The notes under the pieces: generated by a model | What the model saw: only the letters and a program-made list of their open reading frames with translations | The model's database searches: none | What the model was told of the DNA's origin: nothing | Position numbers and translations under genes: made by a program | Assembly (NCBI GenBank): GCA_027604505.1 | Contig: JADIIX010000013.1 | Coordinates: 1-64,000, forward strand | Direction of reading: 5' to 3' | Length of the DNA stretch: 64,000 bases | Origin: Gonapodya sp. JEL0774 | Lineage: Eukaryota | Shown here: one piece after another, positions 25,702-38,931 of the stretch | Numbering within the stretch: the first letter of the stretch is position 1 | Layout: every line of letters begins with the position of its first letter

Positions 25702-27122
25702 CTACAAAATACAAGCTGAGATGTTCAGATTGCCACTCAAGGCATTGACTAAATGCTCAGGATACCCATTTGCAGAATGCCCCACTATGATACATGAAAT
25801 GTTAGCTCTAATTTCTACCATAGATACTGTGCATTGCAGAATGTTTTCATGACTCTGAAAAGGTTTGAGACAGAGTGAGGGTTCTGCTGTGAGGTTCACT
25901 GCCTTGAGTACATACCCAGGTTTTCCGTACGAAGTGTAATAATTGGTGCTGGCAAATTCTTGATCAGTATACGCTTCTCCTAGCAAACATTCTCTCTCTG
26001 TGGCTATGCCAGCATCAATAGCACGCTTAAGGTCAGGGTATAGGAAGTCCATGTCATCTAAGAGTATAACTGAGTCTTGATGTGCAAGATGATGAAAGTG
26101 AAGAATATCATAGAATGGCTGAGGGGGTGTGTGTGAACTGTGGAGAATTTCAAAGTCCTGACAATCCCAGCTAAGCACCAGCTTTCATGCATCTCACCCA
26201 TCTATGGATATAAGATCACATTTTATTTGAGGATGTGTCTTGGCATATTCGGGTATAGTCACATTGGAGTTACCACTTATAGTGGTGAATCGAGATTTAT
26301 GATGTTTGCGTATCCATTTCAAAGTAACTTGCTGTAAATTGGTGTTACCGTACAACTGCAGAATATTTCAGAGTATGCGGGAAAGAACTGGGATCACGAA
26401 CTTGGAAAATATTCTGTGTGTCCAACACCTCTGCTTGAGATCCTTTCTCAACTGGGAATATGTCAAAGCTATACAAATGAGCTGTTGGATTGACCGTCAA
26501 GTACAGAACAGAGCTGCAGAGGTCTTTGTTTTAATGCGAGTGCAAGACATATCTTCGCAACGCCTTTTGCTGACACACCCTGGAAGCAACTACAGGTAAG
26601 TTTGACACCAAAACAAACATTAAGAAGCGCTGGATACTTTCTGTGTCCTGCACCGTATCCAACTTCGCAAATGGTCTTCACTTGGGATCTTGCAGCAGCC
26701 CTGGCGTAGTAATACACCTGACCCGGAAACCTTTCAGCAAGAAAATGTGAAATCAACATAAAGGGGGAATAGAGCACCGATCTGACACCTGCCAGGCGAT
26801 GTTTCCGATGACTGCTTTTCGTCCTCCGGCAGCTGAATCCAGGCCCGACTGCAGTGATCGTAGGGTACTGTAGTAATGACCAAGATTTTCGAAAAACCTG
26901 CATGCGCGAGGATTACATGGATTGCTCCTATCGCAATACCATCGCCACTCACAGAGGACTGTTAGGCGCTCCTCCCGTGCCCTCGCTGACAGCTTCGACG
27001 TCTCCTCGAGAATTCGACGGACCATCTGTCAGGAAGTAAAGCCCCACGACCAGGGCCAGAACTCCAATTCCTGCGAGGTGTGGGGTGCGCAGGAGACGAG
27101 CTGTCCGTCCAAGGAAGTCCAT
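25702..27122 (-). CDS. Type II membrane class I SAM-dependent methyltransferase (Methyltransf_24-like), multi-exon; 3' end approximate
   Basis: Anchor HLAGIGVLALVVGLYFL; spliced motifs ICEVGYGAGH, SVLYLTVNPTAHLYSFDIF, ISGNSNVTIP, CDLISIDG-SHT, VILLDD. Confidence 0.8.
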
Positions 27123-27412
27123 GTGCAAGTGTATTGTGTAACTATCGTCCTTCTGGACTGAACGTCTTCCTCTGTCAGATTCCGTTGAGCGACCACTGAT
27201 GACAGTTAAGTGTAGAAAATGCGTGGGTCGGATAGGCCAAATGGTCGATTTCTCTGTTCCAGCAATAGAATTTAATGTTGTTCTTCCCCACTCTGGTGGC
27301 GCCCCCGCTGGCTAAGTTTCGCGTGGGCCCGATTCTGGAGCACGAACAAACCCCGACCCTTTGCTGCGATTCGTGAGCATCAGCCAACATCTGTTCTGAG
27401 TATGAAATTCAC

Positions 27413-28377
27413 ATGAATATCCGCCACCCCATCACTGCCGTGGTGTGCCTGACTGCTCTCTACCTGCTTCTTTGGGGATACTCTAATGGTGGTCGAGGCA
27501 AACCCCGATCAGTTGCAATCGCGACAATCATAACCTCAGATGCATACCTCGAGGCAGCAATGGCACTACGGCATTCAATTCGGAAACAACAAACTTCTGC
27601 TCGTACCATTGCGGCTTACGTTCCGAACCAGATTTCAAACCGCTCTCTTTGTTTCTTGGAGTCTGTGGGATGGGAGCTCCGTCCCGTGAGTTTAATCAAA
27701 GCTCCAGACCCCGGTAATGGGAGAACAGTTGCAGACGAGCGCTTTAAGGACCTTTTCACTAAACTTCAATTGTATCGATGGGTCGAGTTTGAGCACATCT
27801 TGTTGCTTGATGCCGATACTTTACTGTTGGCTCCTATAGACGATATCTGGGACTGGAATTTTGATCTTGGGGTGGTCGGGGACGTCTGGATGGATAGATT
27901 TGACCTGGGGTTCAACGCTGGTGTTATGTACTTCCGTCCAGACGACCGGGTCTTCAAGGCGATGATGGAATCTGTCCAGAAGGACACTGACAAATTTGAC
28001 ATTGCCTGGTCCGAGCAGGCGTTTCTCAATTTCTTTTATCAGTACAGGTTTGTGAATCAAATCAGACACAACGTCTTGCTTCCCAAAAACGGACCTACTT
28101 GTGTGTACCTCGCAGATTTTTCCGCTTACCGTACGCCTACAATTGCCCTCTGGCGTTGAAGATGCACAAAAGTGCATGGGACGTGGTCCGACCCACCGCT
28201 ATCATTCTTCACTTCACCTTGCAGAAGCCTTGGAGTCATCCGCGCCCCGGCCCCAATGGAGACTGGGCGTCCGAACAGTTTGCGGAAGAGTTTAATGAAT
28301 TTTGGAATATTCGAGATGAACTTGAAAATTCAACAATGTACAATGGACGTAGATGTCATGACATCAAAGTAAAATAA
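27413..28377 (+). CDS. Glycosyltransferase family 8, type II membrane, one intron near 28050-28115
   Basis: N-terminal TM; FTKLQL, LLLDADTL, FNAGVM, EQAFLN, RLPYAYN, ILHFTLQKPW. Confidence 0.92.
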
Positions 28378-28575
28378 TGGTGTTCTTTCCGCGCTTGGCG
28401 TAGCATCGTTTCAGTTCCATCTTCGACCGAGGTTGGGCGAATGACCAGAGAGCAGAGTGTTTCTGAATCTCACAAATTGACGCTGTGTTATATTTCCCGC
28501 CCGACAGAAGATTTGACAAAATGCATATGTACGTACACAGATGACGAAAATCTGACAATATTGTTCGTTTCGACT

Positions 28576-30816
28576 CTACAACTGGTACTCGAGTGACCGA
28601 GCACCTTCTCTACTGCTTTCCTCCCACCACCCTTCCAGTTTGGCAATCACGTCCAACTCCTTCTTTCCAAGTCTGTGAGGTACCGCCCCGCCCATTCCCT
28701 GCTCGTAGTCAGCTTTGAAGACACTGTAGTCGAAGCCAGAGTCGGGTTGTGCTGCTCCTTCAAACTCCTCCGTTTGCAAGTTGATGACGTTCCCGCTCTC
28801 GTCGACCGTCATGTTCAATCCCTCGCGCATCCGCAGGCAGAAGATGTTGCTGGGGTCTGACAAAAGTGACCATGTGTGTCAAAATTCTAGACCGAATCGT
28901 TTCAAAACAAGGGGATACCAACTTATATCCCACCGCGAATGTCTTTCCACCGCCCAGTACTCGAGCGCCGTGGCGATCGGGGACGATTCTCCAAAAAATT
29001 TGGCTCGCAACGGTCCACCGTTGAACCAGTGCAAACGGGTGCCGTCGGGATGCAAGTGTGCAGACTGGTACGAGCAGATCCGGAGGCGGTTGTGCTCGAC
29101 TGAGTTGTTGGAGTTGCGGGTGTAGTTGCCCCTAAGACAATGAGCCAACTTTAAATATCGAGAGGAGACGCAGATTGTGCTTGATGGGCACTCACTCTGT
29201 GACGACACGGACAGCATCCTGATCTCCGCGGACCAGATACCCCAACTGCGCAGACGGCCACCTGTTCCACCCGTACTGCCCATTACTTCCGGCCATCTCC
29301 CAACCCATCCAGAAAGTTTCCTTGTCGCCCAGAAAGACCCTGTAGATGACCTTTTCCCTTTCTTCCTTCAGATTCAACCGGCATGTGCTCAAGAGACCGT
29401 AGAAATTGTGATCGCGGGACTTGTCGACGACGACGACAGCCGAGTCTTGTTGGTGTTGGGAGAGTTTCGCCATGATGGCGTTGTGGGATTGGAGGAAGGA
29501 AGGGATGGGGTCTTTCAGGTGGGCCGGTAAGATTCCGGTGACGAAATCATACTGTTCGTTTGATGCGCCAAAAAAGGTTCTCTAGAGGAGACAGAACAAA
29601 AAAAGCCGGTGAACGCTTGGAAGAACGTGCGACCGACATTGTCGGGCCATTTTCCTGCGGAACCACCCTTCCTCACACGATCGTAGTAGAAAACGGTTCC
29701 CGTCTCCACATAGACCTGGTCCTCAAACAGATCGTTCGGGGAATAGAACCAGACAACATCCGCGTCGGAGAACACGACCTCTGTGAAGCTCGAGAACATG
29801 ATGCCGAACGGTTTGATGGCCCAGGCCCCGATCTGGGTCTTGGAATCGTCCACCAAGGTGGTAATGTCCCGCATAACAATATCATATCCGTCGCCCAGAC
29901 TAAGAATCTTGCGCCGGGTTTCGGGAGGCAAATCGTCGTCACCGGCGTACATGAACTCGATGGGCAAAGTGCAACCTGTGGCTCTCAGGGACATGATTCC
30001 GACCATGGCCATGCGGCTTTGTAGACCTTTGGCGGTTGTCATGACGATACCCCGTGATTGAGGTCCTCGGGTGAATGTGCGCTGTAGGTACGAGAGTGAC
30101 GGGTAGGTCGGACGGATCCAGGGAAACAAGAGCTCCTCAAAATTGTTCATGAATCGCTGGAACTCGTACAGCATGTTGCGAGCATTTCTATAGGTTGAAT
30201 CTGTTCGCGCGTGAGGTTTCGAATCTGATGTGCTGCGATCTGTTGTGTAAGTGGCCCGCGAGCGAGTTTGCCAATCTTCAAGGGCCCTCAGACGCCTGTG
30301 GAGCTTTAAAAACATTCTCACTCGTTCACCCAGCGTTTTAAAATCTTCAACACTGATTGGGGATAGAAGGTCTGACCGCTGTTCAGGGCCCACGATGAAA
30401 TCTGCGTGAGACAACCCAGGTGGGATAGGAGTTTCGAATCGTGAAAAGCGGTCATCGAGGAGCACGAGTTGCTGCGTTTCTCCCTCGCTGAAAGGCCCAG
30501 TATTGGAGCGTTCCTCAGGGAGTGGGCTCCTCGACGACGACGACGCGGAAGCAGTAATAAGTGGTGCTTCGTGCCCACCGTCCTTGGCCGACGTGTACAA
30601 TGCCAGTCCGTTCCTTTCATTTTCCACGATTAAATTAGCATTGCTATGACCGGAGGATGAGTTCCTGCCCTGCGGTTGGCGAAGTAAGTACACCACCCAA
30701 CCCAAAATGTTCACAAAGAGGAGGATGACAAAAGGTCTGGATAATCTGACCCTGCCGATTCGAGTGGAATCACGAAGTTTTCCGATTGGCGACTCAGCAT
30801 CCAGCTCGATATCCAT
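28576..30816 (-). CDS. GT71 (MNN1/MNN2-like) alpha-mannosyltransferase, paralog a, multi-exon
   Basis: TM FVILLFVNILGWVVYLL; RGIVMT, GCTLPIEFMYAGDDDL, WAIKPF..MFSSFTEVVFSDADVV, GTVFYYDR, QDSAVVVVDK, GDKETFW. Confidence 0.92.
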
Positions 30817-30914
30817 GAGAAAAGGAATTCTGAATGAAGCATTCAGGATTGGAGTGGTGCTGTGTGACACCAACGACAACGACTGACAGGCAGCCAGGCC
30901 ACAGATATGGACAT

Positions 30915-32342
30915 ATGGCTGTTTTCAATCTATTCACGCGAGCAGCAACTCTCCTTGTCTCAGCGGCAATTCTCTCAATCGCTTTTGTCATCTGGCGTTC
31001 TGATGATCTCGATGCCCGACATGGACACTCATTCACGGCAACTCCACAACGGACAAAGCCCATACACAGGAAAACACCTCCCGTCCCCCCAAAATTATAC
31101 TCTGATCAATCTCTGAACCTCGATGCTCCGCCACCTGCCGCAATACCGGCGGAGGCAGTAGGCGTTTACGATGGAGCTCCCGACTGGCTCTCCAACACTG
31201 TTGCCATCATCTCCTGTAATCTCGGATACCTAGATATGCTTCTCAACTTCTACTGCAACGCTAGAAGGAGTTTTCCTATCAATCTCCTCGTACTGCCCCA
31301 AGACGAGGAGCTCTACGACTTCCTTTCCGTCAACATCTCTGAGTTCCACGTACTGCACCCATCCGTCTTCGCCTTCCACAGTGCCAACGAAGCCAGTTTA
31401 TGGCGCTCAGAAGCTTTCAACGACATCTCTGTCGGCAAAGTCCGTGCCGTCCGATACCTCCTCCAATGGGGCTACGACGTCTGGCTCTCGGACGTCGACA
31501 TCGCCTACATCTCCAATCCCATCCCCCATTTCGCAGGGGATGTGGACTTTGAGTTCCAGTCGAACGCGGGGTGCAACGGACAGGAGTTTGATATGGACGA
31601 GGAACCGAACACGGGGTTCTACATCATCAAGAGCAACGACAGGACCATTCGGATGCTCCTCGACGTAGAAGAAAGTCACCCTAAACGTCCTGAGATCGAC
31701 GATCAAAGTGAGTTTTATTGAAAGAAAATTTCGGGGATGAAACGCTGTGTGCTCCTCGCTCTGTGTGCAACTTTGACCGACGATTCGCAACCCCAGCTCT
31801 TTGGGCCGACATTCTCCGTCAATGGCGACGATCAGACGAAGCTGTCCTCATTCCCTCGAACGTGTCTAACGTACAGGTACTGTTTTTGTTCTCTCTCAGC
31901 AACTTATTCTTCAACGGTGCATTTTTGTACTGACCGTTACAATCCTCCGCCTCGTTGGTAGTCATACCTGGAAGAACTGAACTTGAAAGAAGAACCTTTC
32001 ACGTTCCGGCAACTGCCGTGTGTGAAATTCCCGATCGGTTTCGATTACTTCCGGTGAGTGGGTGGCGCATCGCTATCTCCACATCCCACATCAGGTTTTC
32101 TGACTCCACAATTCCCCCCTCATCACCCACTCAGGGAAGGTCGCCCAGCCTTCAACGACCGCCTGGTCAAGGCCGGTCTCTCCCGCCCCGTTCTCATTCA
32201 CGCAAACTACATGTCCGGTGCGGGCTCGAAAAAGGGCGCGCTCAACGACGATGGCATGTGGAATTTGAAAGCGACGGGCGTGGCGGACGTCATGGCGAAA
32301 AATAATCATGCTGATCCAGTATCATGGGAGTGTATTAAATAA
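30915..32342 (+). CDS. GT77 / nucleotide-diphospho-sugar transferase, type II membrane, multi-exon
   Basis: TM LLVSAAILSIAFVIW; NLGYLDMLLNF, KVRAVRYLLQWGYDVWLSDVDI, NTGFY, DDQ, IHANYMSG...KK...GMW. Confidence 0.9.
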
Positions 32343-32365
32343 TATTAATTTGTTTGCGATTCAAT

Positions 32366-34354
32366 TCAGAGAGGATTAGGTGATTCGCACTGGAGGCAGA
32401 GAAACCACGTGAGATGGTCCTGCGAGTCATGTAGCGTCGCGGTATCTTCTCACCTGAAGAAAGTGCATCCACATCGGGTTACCCGGACCCGTAAATGCTT
32501 CCTTTGTCTGGTCAAGGTGTTTTCCGTCCAACTTGAAGAGTAATTGAGTCGTACACGGTTCCGAAGAGAGGGCTTTGTAGAAAAAAAAAGTGAATTTGGT
32601 AAGCTTGTACGGTTCCTGGGGGGACGCGCGTGTGCCATCCGGGTACTGAAACGGAAGGTCGACGGTGTCGATCAACTGAGCTTTGAGCCGATAAAACGGG
32701 GTTTATAATCACTCACTCCCCGTTCACTACTCGCGATACCCGGCGGCAGATGGTTCACAAACGTCGGCGTGATACCTCCCCACCCCGCCGCAACGTATCC
32801 AAACGAGCTCCCATACGTCAAAACCAACTCGTCACACGCAGCCAGTGTCCGCATATCAATGACGGCCTCCACTTCGTGGTGCAGCTGATCGTTGTCGGCA
32901 CGGTAGATGAGCTGCTTGAGCTTGGAGGTTCCTCCTCGTGGCTCGGTGGTGACACTTGGTGGTGCGGTGGGTTGTCCGGTGGCGATGTCGTGGTGGAGGA
33001 GGAGTTCGCGTTCGAATTCTTGGCGGATACGCCAGTGGTCTGTGGAAAGGAAGAAACGTGTCTGGGAAGCGAGCACAAACGTACGTGTCAGAAGGACGAT
33101 AAGCCCGAAGAAAGTTTCTTTTTCTTGTGGTCAGAAGCACCTTATCCCATGGTCGCCCGCTCGACCTCCAGATCGAAACAGCCACGTCGACAAAGTACTT
33201 TGTCGGTGGTATCGTTTTGGACTCTTTGAAAGTCCGAATGTGAACACCGATGACATAGTACCGTCCGTATCGACGTTTTGGTCTTGCTGCTACATGCGTG
33301 GTGGTCGATGGAGGGTGTTGGATTTCGTGGAAAAAGTGGGAGGTGTAGTACGAGAGAAATTTGCTCTTTTGGTCACCAGTCACATATGTGAGCCTGTCAT
33401 ATGCAAACGCGCGTAGAGAGAATCCACCTTTGCTGCTCCCTTGACGCGCATCAGCAATTTGCTCGTGGCGTAGAAAGCCTCCATCGTGGGAAACCACTCG
33501 AGGAGCTTGGCTCGGTACTCCTTGTTTCCCCAGAGATTGGGAACTTGATAGTGGAAAGACCAGTGGCAAAGTACTTTCTGTTTCTTCAAAGTTTCGTCCC
33601 GAGTCCAGTTCGTCGTGGTTAGCTGCACGTAGTCGTAAAGTGACAACGTCCGGGGGCAAAACGACGACGGATTCGGATCGAGCTTCAGTTTCGTCATGTT
33701 GACCGTTTTCGGATCAAGGTCAAGCCCCTTAGCGATGCGCACGGCGTTCGCATTCCAGTTGACGTCGAGCGGTTCCCCCCGAGACAGACCCAACGGTTGA
33801 AAGTACGAAGTCCACATGCCAGTCGAGCCACCGTTCCGGTCATACACCAAAAAAGTCCTGTTGAGGAGCATGGAGAAAATGAAGGCGGATATTTGCCCGG
33901 GGAATCGGTTGCCCAGTCCTCCCATGTCCACGATGTCCACGAGGAACTGAGATTCCGGTGTAACGTTGGACATGGTTTTCACATGGTTGGCTGCATATGA
34001 AGCATACGCAGAAAGGAAAGCCTCCGTGATTGGTGGTTTTTTATCATTGCCAGTGCCGATTCCCCACTTATCGGTGTCAAAGGATGATGACGGTTCCCCA
34101 AGACCATTGAGAACACTCAGAAGTGTTTTCTCGTCATCAAAGTCTGCTATGCTTGCCGGTGACATGAAACCATCAGATTCTTCATGGACGTCTGTGATCG
34201 GCAGGTGTTCGGGGGGAAGTTTTGGTGGTTCAACTCCATCGTTAGAACTATCGTTGTTCACTTTTCTCGAAAGGAACTGCCAAGCCAGTAGCGTGCATCC
34301 CGCAAAAAACACGACGAAGATCCATAAGCGATTGTGTGTGGAGTAGATGACCAT
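32366..34354 (-). CDS. Alpha-fucosyltransferase-like (GT37/GT23 clan), paralog a, multi-exon
   Basis: TM LWIFVVFFAGCTLLAW; GGLGNRF...AFIFSMLLNRTFLV, VIGVHIRT, FFLSTD, DMRTLAACDELVLTYGSSFGYVAAGWGG; last exon CESPNPL-stop after a GT-AG intron. Confidence 0.85.
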
Positions 34355-34466
34355 CGGCCCCACTCAGGATCGTTCAGGAGAAGGGAGGGGTTTGCACCAA
34401 CCGATGTGCACCACCGGTCCTTGGCCACTTTCGAATCAACTACATACATTAGTTACACCGGACTTC

Positions 34467-36829
34467 CTATACATCATAACGATCGGAAATATAGCGATCT
34501 GCCCACTGATTCGATGTTGTCAGATTTCGGGATAAGGTACTGTTGTAAACCCGTTCGGGTTCGACCGCGCGTGCCCCTTCCCGCCTGGTCTCATCCCACC
34601 AACCTTCTAGTTTCGCCACAACTCTTCTTTCGATCTGCCCGAGTCTATGAGGCACAGCCCCACCTTCATGGTGTTCGTAGTCTGCCTTAAAGACGGCGTA
34701 ATTGAAAGGGTCTGGTTGCTGAATATCCCCGCTATTCCCAATGATGTCAGGCCTTGTGTCCACAACATTTCCGAGCTCATCTACAGTGATATTCAATCCT
34801 TCTCGCATACGAAGACAAAATACCTGGGAATCGATTTGAAGAAGATGCGAAAGTTTCGCAAGTTAGTGAGAAAACAGAAACTCACAAGAGTTTTCAAACA
34901 TACGAACATTGAAGTCATCTAAAGTAAAGCGAATTGTAGTCGTTCGAGCTCGAGCTTCCAAACATTTTGATGTCGGCTACTCACTGATGTCCCACCGTGA
35001 ATGACGCTCCACAGCCCAGTACTCAAGCCTAGACGCTACGGCGGACTCCTCCCCGAAAATCTTCGCACGCAATGGTCCACCATTAAACCAATGTAGCCGG
35101 GTGCCAGAAGGGTGCAAGTGAGCCGATTGGTATGAGCATATTCGCAAAATAGAACTTTCATCTGCCTTGTCCCCATCGATAGTGAAATTCAAACTGGAGT
35201 GGTCAAGCTGGAAGGTTAAATGCTTGTCGGAACGTACATTCTACTTTTGCTCACTTTGTCACAACCTCGACTGGATCCTGGTCGCCGCGTGAAAGGTACC
35301 CCAACTGAGCGGAAGGCCAACGGTTGAAACCATACATTCCGTTGCTACCAGCCATTTCCCATCCAATCCAGAATGTTTCTTTGTCTCCAAGGAAGACTTT
35401 GTATATAACTCGGTCTCTCTCCTCCCTAAGGTTTAACCTGCAAGTTGTCAAGAGGCCGTAGAAGTTGTGCTCCAGCGACTTATCCACGGCAACGACAGCG
35501 GAATCTTGGTTGTGTTCAGATTGACGTGCCATTATGGCGTTGTGTGACTGAAGATAAGGAGGAATTGGATCTCTGAGATGAGCTGGAAGAATTCCTTGAA
35601 CGAACTCAAATTGCTTGTCTGAGGGACCGAAAAATGTGCGCTTTATTCATGGAAACTTCAAAATAACATTTTTGAATAATAGCAAGAAAATTGAACGGTC
35701 AACTTACTCGATCGTAGTAAAACAAGGTACCCGTTTCGATATAGACAGGGTCGCTGAAAACCTCTTCTGGCGAATAAAACCACACCACATCTGCGTCGGC
35801 GAACACAACCTCAGTGAAGCTGGAGAACATTATACTGAACGGCTTTATCGCCCAAGCCCCGATTTCTGTTAGACTGTCGTCGACCAACGTCGTGATGTCC
35901 CGCATTACAATGTCATATCCATCGCCCAGACTCAGGATTTTCCGCCTTGTTTCTGGGGGTAAGTCATCGTCACCTGCATACATGAACTCGATGGGTAATG
36001 TGCATCCAGTTGCCCTCAGGGACATGATCCCAACCATGGCCATTCTGCTTTGTAGGCCTTTCGCAGTGGTCATAACCAGTCCTCGCGTTCTGGGTGCCCG
36101 AGAAAAGGTGCGATACAGGTAGGATATCGACGGGTATGTAGGTCGAACCCAGGGGAATAAAAGATCCTCAAAGCGACCCATAAATCGAGTAAACTCTGCA
36201 ACAACATTCCTCGAGTGCGCAGAGGTCCGGGTTCTTCTTGAAATTTGCCTTTCGATGGTGTTTGCTGGGGAATAGTCGGTGTCCTCCATATCCGAGTCTC
36301 CACTCCTAGAATCGTCTCCGGTTTGCCAGTCCTCGACTGCTCTCAGTCTCCTATGATATATAAAGAACTCTCGAACCCGCTCTCCGAGGGTTTTGAAGTC
36401 TTCAACATCAAATGGTTCCAATAAATCAGTCTTCTCAGCTGATGAGAGGGTGATGTCCGAGAGGGCGGGGTACAGGTGCCGTGAGATGCCCGGGATACTA
36501 CGTCCATGAGGAGGCAGAGTGGGATGGGCAGTCGCTCGACCCTTAGTTGAACGATGTGTTGGAGAGGGAACAGACGAATCTCCACTTGGAGCTTCCGTGG
36601 AGGAGATTTGACTACTCTCCACGGTAGGCGTAAGCGAGGATGAGTTTTTTTCACTGACAGTTCGGGCAATGTCTCTTTCCCGCATCGAAACCGTCAGGAA
36701 AAACCCGACATTTACAGCCACCACCAAGAGAAGGATTGTCAACCTGCTGCTTCGGCGAGCCCCCCTGAAAATGTTCAATCCTGTAAAGATAGACACTGGA
36801 CTTTGTTCGGCATTCTTCAATTCTGGCAT
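34467..36829 (-). CDS. GT71 alpha-mannosyltransferase, paralog b, multi-exon
   Basis: Same motifs as paralog a (ADADVV, GDKETFW, CSYQSAHL, WFNGG); TM LTILLLVVAVNVGFFL. Confidence 0.92.
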
Positions 36830-36958
36830 GAACAGTTTCAATATGAGTGAGTGATAAAGTGATCAATCCAGATTTACTGCCCCTCATGTGCAGGAGGTCC
36901 CCGATCACAACACCACTCACGCGGCTCCCCGAAGTAATCAACAGTTTTCGGCGTTGTA

Positions 36959-38840
36959 TCAAACAGCTGGCAAGTTACCTCTACCAACTAGCCTATTCTC
37001 ATATTCTGACATCACCGCAAACATATGACATTGGATATCCTCATACCGCAGTCCATTCCTGCCCATCTCGTATCCCTGTTCCGCAACCTTTTGCGCCTCA
37101 GTTGGATTACCTATCGCCCACTGAATTGCAGATACAAGGTCCGACCAATCAAATCGGAGGGGTATGTAATGGATATACGGTACAACCCAGTGATCGCTCC
37201 AGTCCACAAACCCTCGGGCCCGGAAAACCAGAGACTTAGCCTCGCGGAGGAACGTGTGGAATCTCTGCGAGAATGAATTTCCGTCGACGTCGATTAAGAA
37301 TCGATGGTAGAATTGAACTTCGTATGGCATGTGGTTCCCTCCGGGCTCGCCGAATATGCGGACATGCTCCTGATAAGCAAAGTCGGTGAACATTTGAAGG
37401 TACCCCACGAACTTCGCGTCGATGCCTGGGAAACATTCAACACCGGATTTAGGCTTCTCACATTCGCGCCGTAAATCGAGTGAGTGTTTCACAAGTCGAT
37501 GGCGATGCAATCGATTCCATTCGGTGACATTCGATGGTATCGGCTCCGCACCAGTAGTAGTGCCTCTCCAGATTGCAACTGGTGCTTTGTTGGCAAAAGG
37601 TACATCTGCGCCAGTCCTTTTCTCTTGCGGAATCTGGTCCTGTGAACTTTTCACGGCATATCCCAGCGGAACCAGAATGTCCGCATAACAGTCCGGGAGC
37701 GTAGCTTGGGAAAATATTGGGACCGGTACAGGAAAATGATTTCCGGGCAATGGTTTTGGGTAGAAAAACCCGTGATGTTGACGGTATGCCATTGGGAGAG
37801 TAAGATTGAATGGGTTGTGGAGGTCCAATGTCACAAGCTTCTCCAGATCTGGGATGCCATGTTTGCTGCCCGACAAGCCTTCTATAGGCGAAGTGCTGGT
37901 CATCCATGGACTCTTTGGGCTATCATTGCGGCTCCACGGTGTTGGTACCACTCCACAGTCCTTTCCTGGGATGAAAATTCTTGGCCAATCCTCCATATTC
38001 AATACCATCCGGAAAAACCTAGGGAAGTATATTGCAAACGGGCCCATCCAACTCTGCCAGTTATTGTCCGCTACTCCTGGAGTGTTTGTGTTTTGAATCA
38101 CGTAGTTCGGGCTTTCCAGTGGTTCTCCAGTAAGTGGATCCGCCCAACTGTCATTGTGATAGTCTTTGTGAGGGTCGTCGGAGAGCTTTAGAGGAGCGAC
38201 ATAGAGAGTCCCCGTACGGGGAAGCTTGCTCGCCTTCTCCACCATGTCTGGTGTGATCTCCTGTGGTAGATGCTGCAACGTCTTGGAAAGATGCGCCGCA
38301 CCGAGCACATTGCATTTATTCTTGACAGCAAACTTGTACCATTGTTTGTATAGTCGGAATGGTTTCTTGCCCTGGGTAAGCGTGTAGTACTTCATCGCTT
38401 CATCAAGCGATGGTGGGGGTTGCTGGGGTCGTGGAAACACAAAATTTTGATGTACATACGGCAAACGTTCTACATCGAGATTGAAGTCTGAAAATTCCCG
38501 ACAATATCAGCATGATTGTGGAGTTCGGTGCCTTGCGAAAATGTGGTCTCCAGTTACCGTTTGGGTCTCGCAATTCATCATCCACATTCACTGTATCCTC
38601 CAAACTAGGGGCTGTAGGTCGACGATTCCAACTGGACGCGGATGGAGATGGAATATCAAATGCTGGATCTGACTCGTAGAAGCCTGTTGTCTTTCCGTCA
38701 TCCGATTCCCCTGGATGAAGGACTCCGTGGAATGCTTCCCCTCCGAAAGTTCCTGTCAATGTGGAATAAATGACCAACAACCCCAGAAGAATCGCGACAG
38801 GGAGAAACAGTCGCCATTGTCTTTGTAGATGAACGATCAT
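36959..38840 (-). CDS. GT90 (CAP10/Cxt1/POGLUT-like) glycosyltransferase, probable xylosyl- or glucosyltransferase
   Basis: TM LFLPVAILLGLLVIY; WRGTTTG, HRHRLV, LIDVDGNSFSQRF, VVPYIHYIPL, DLVSAIQW; intron near 38470-38530. Confidence 0.92.
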
Positions 38841-38931
38841 TTTCCTGGACCAGAATGCCTCACTTCCTTGATCTGCATTTCTGCTACCGTCAGAAATTGT
38901 ATATTTACAAAACTCGCCGAATTTAAATACA

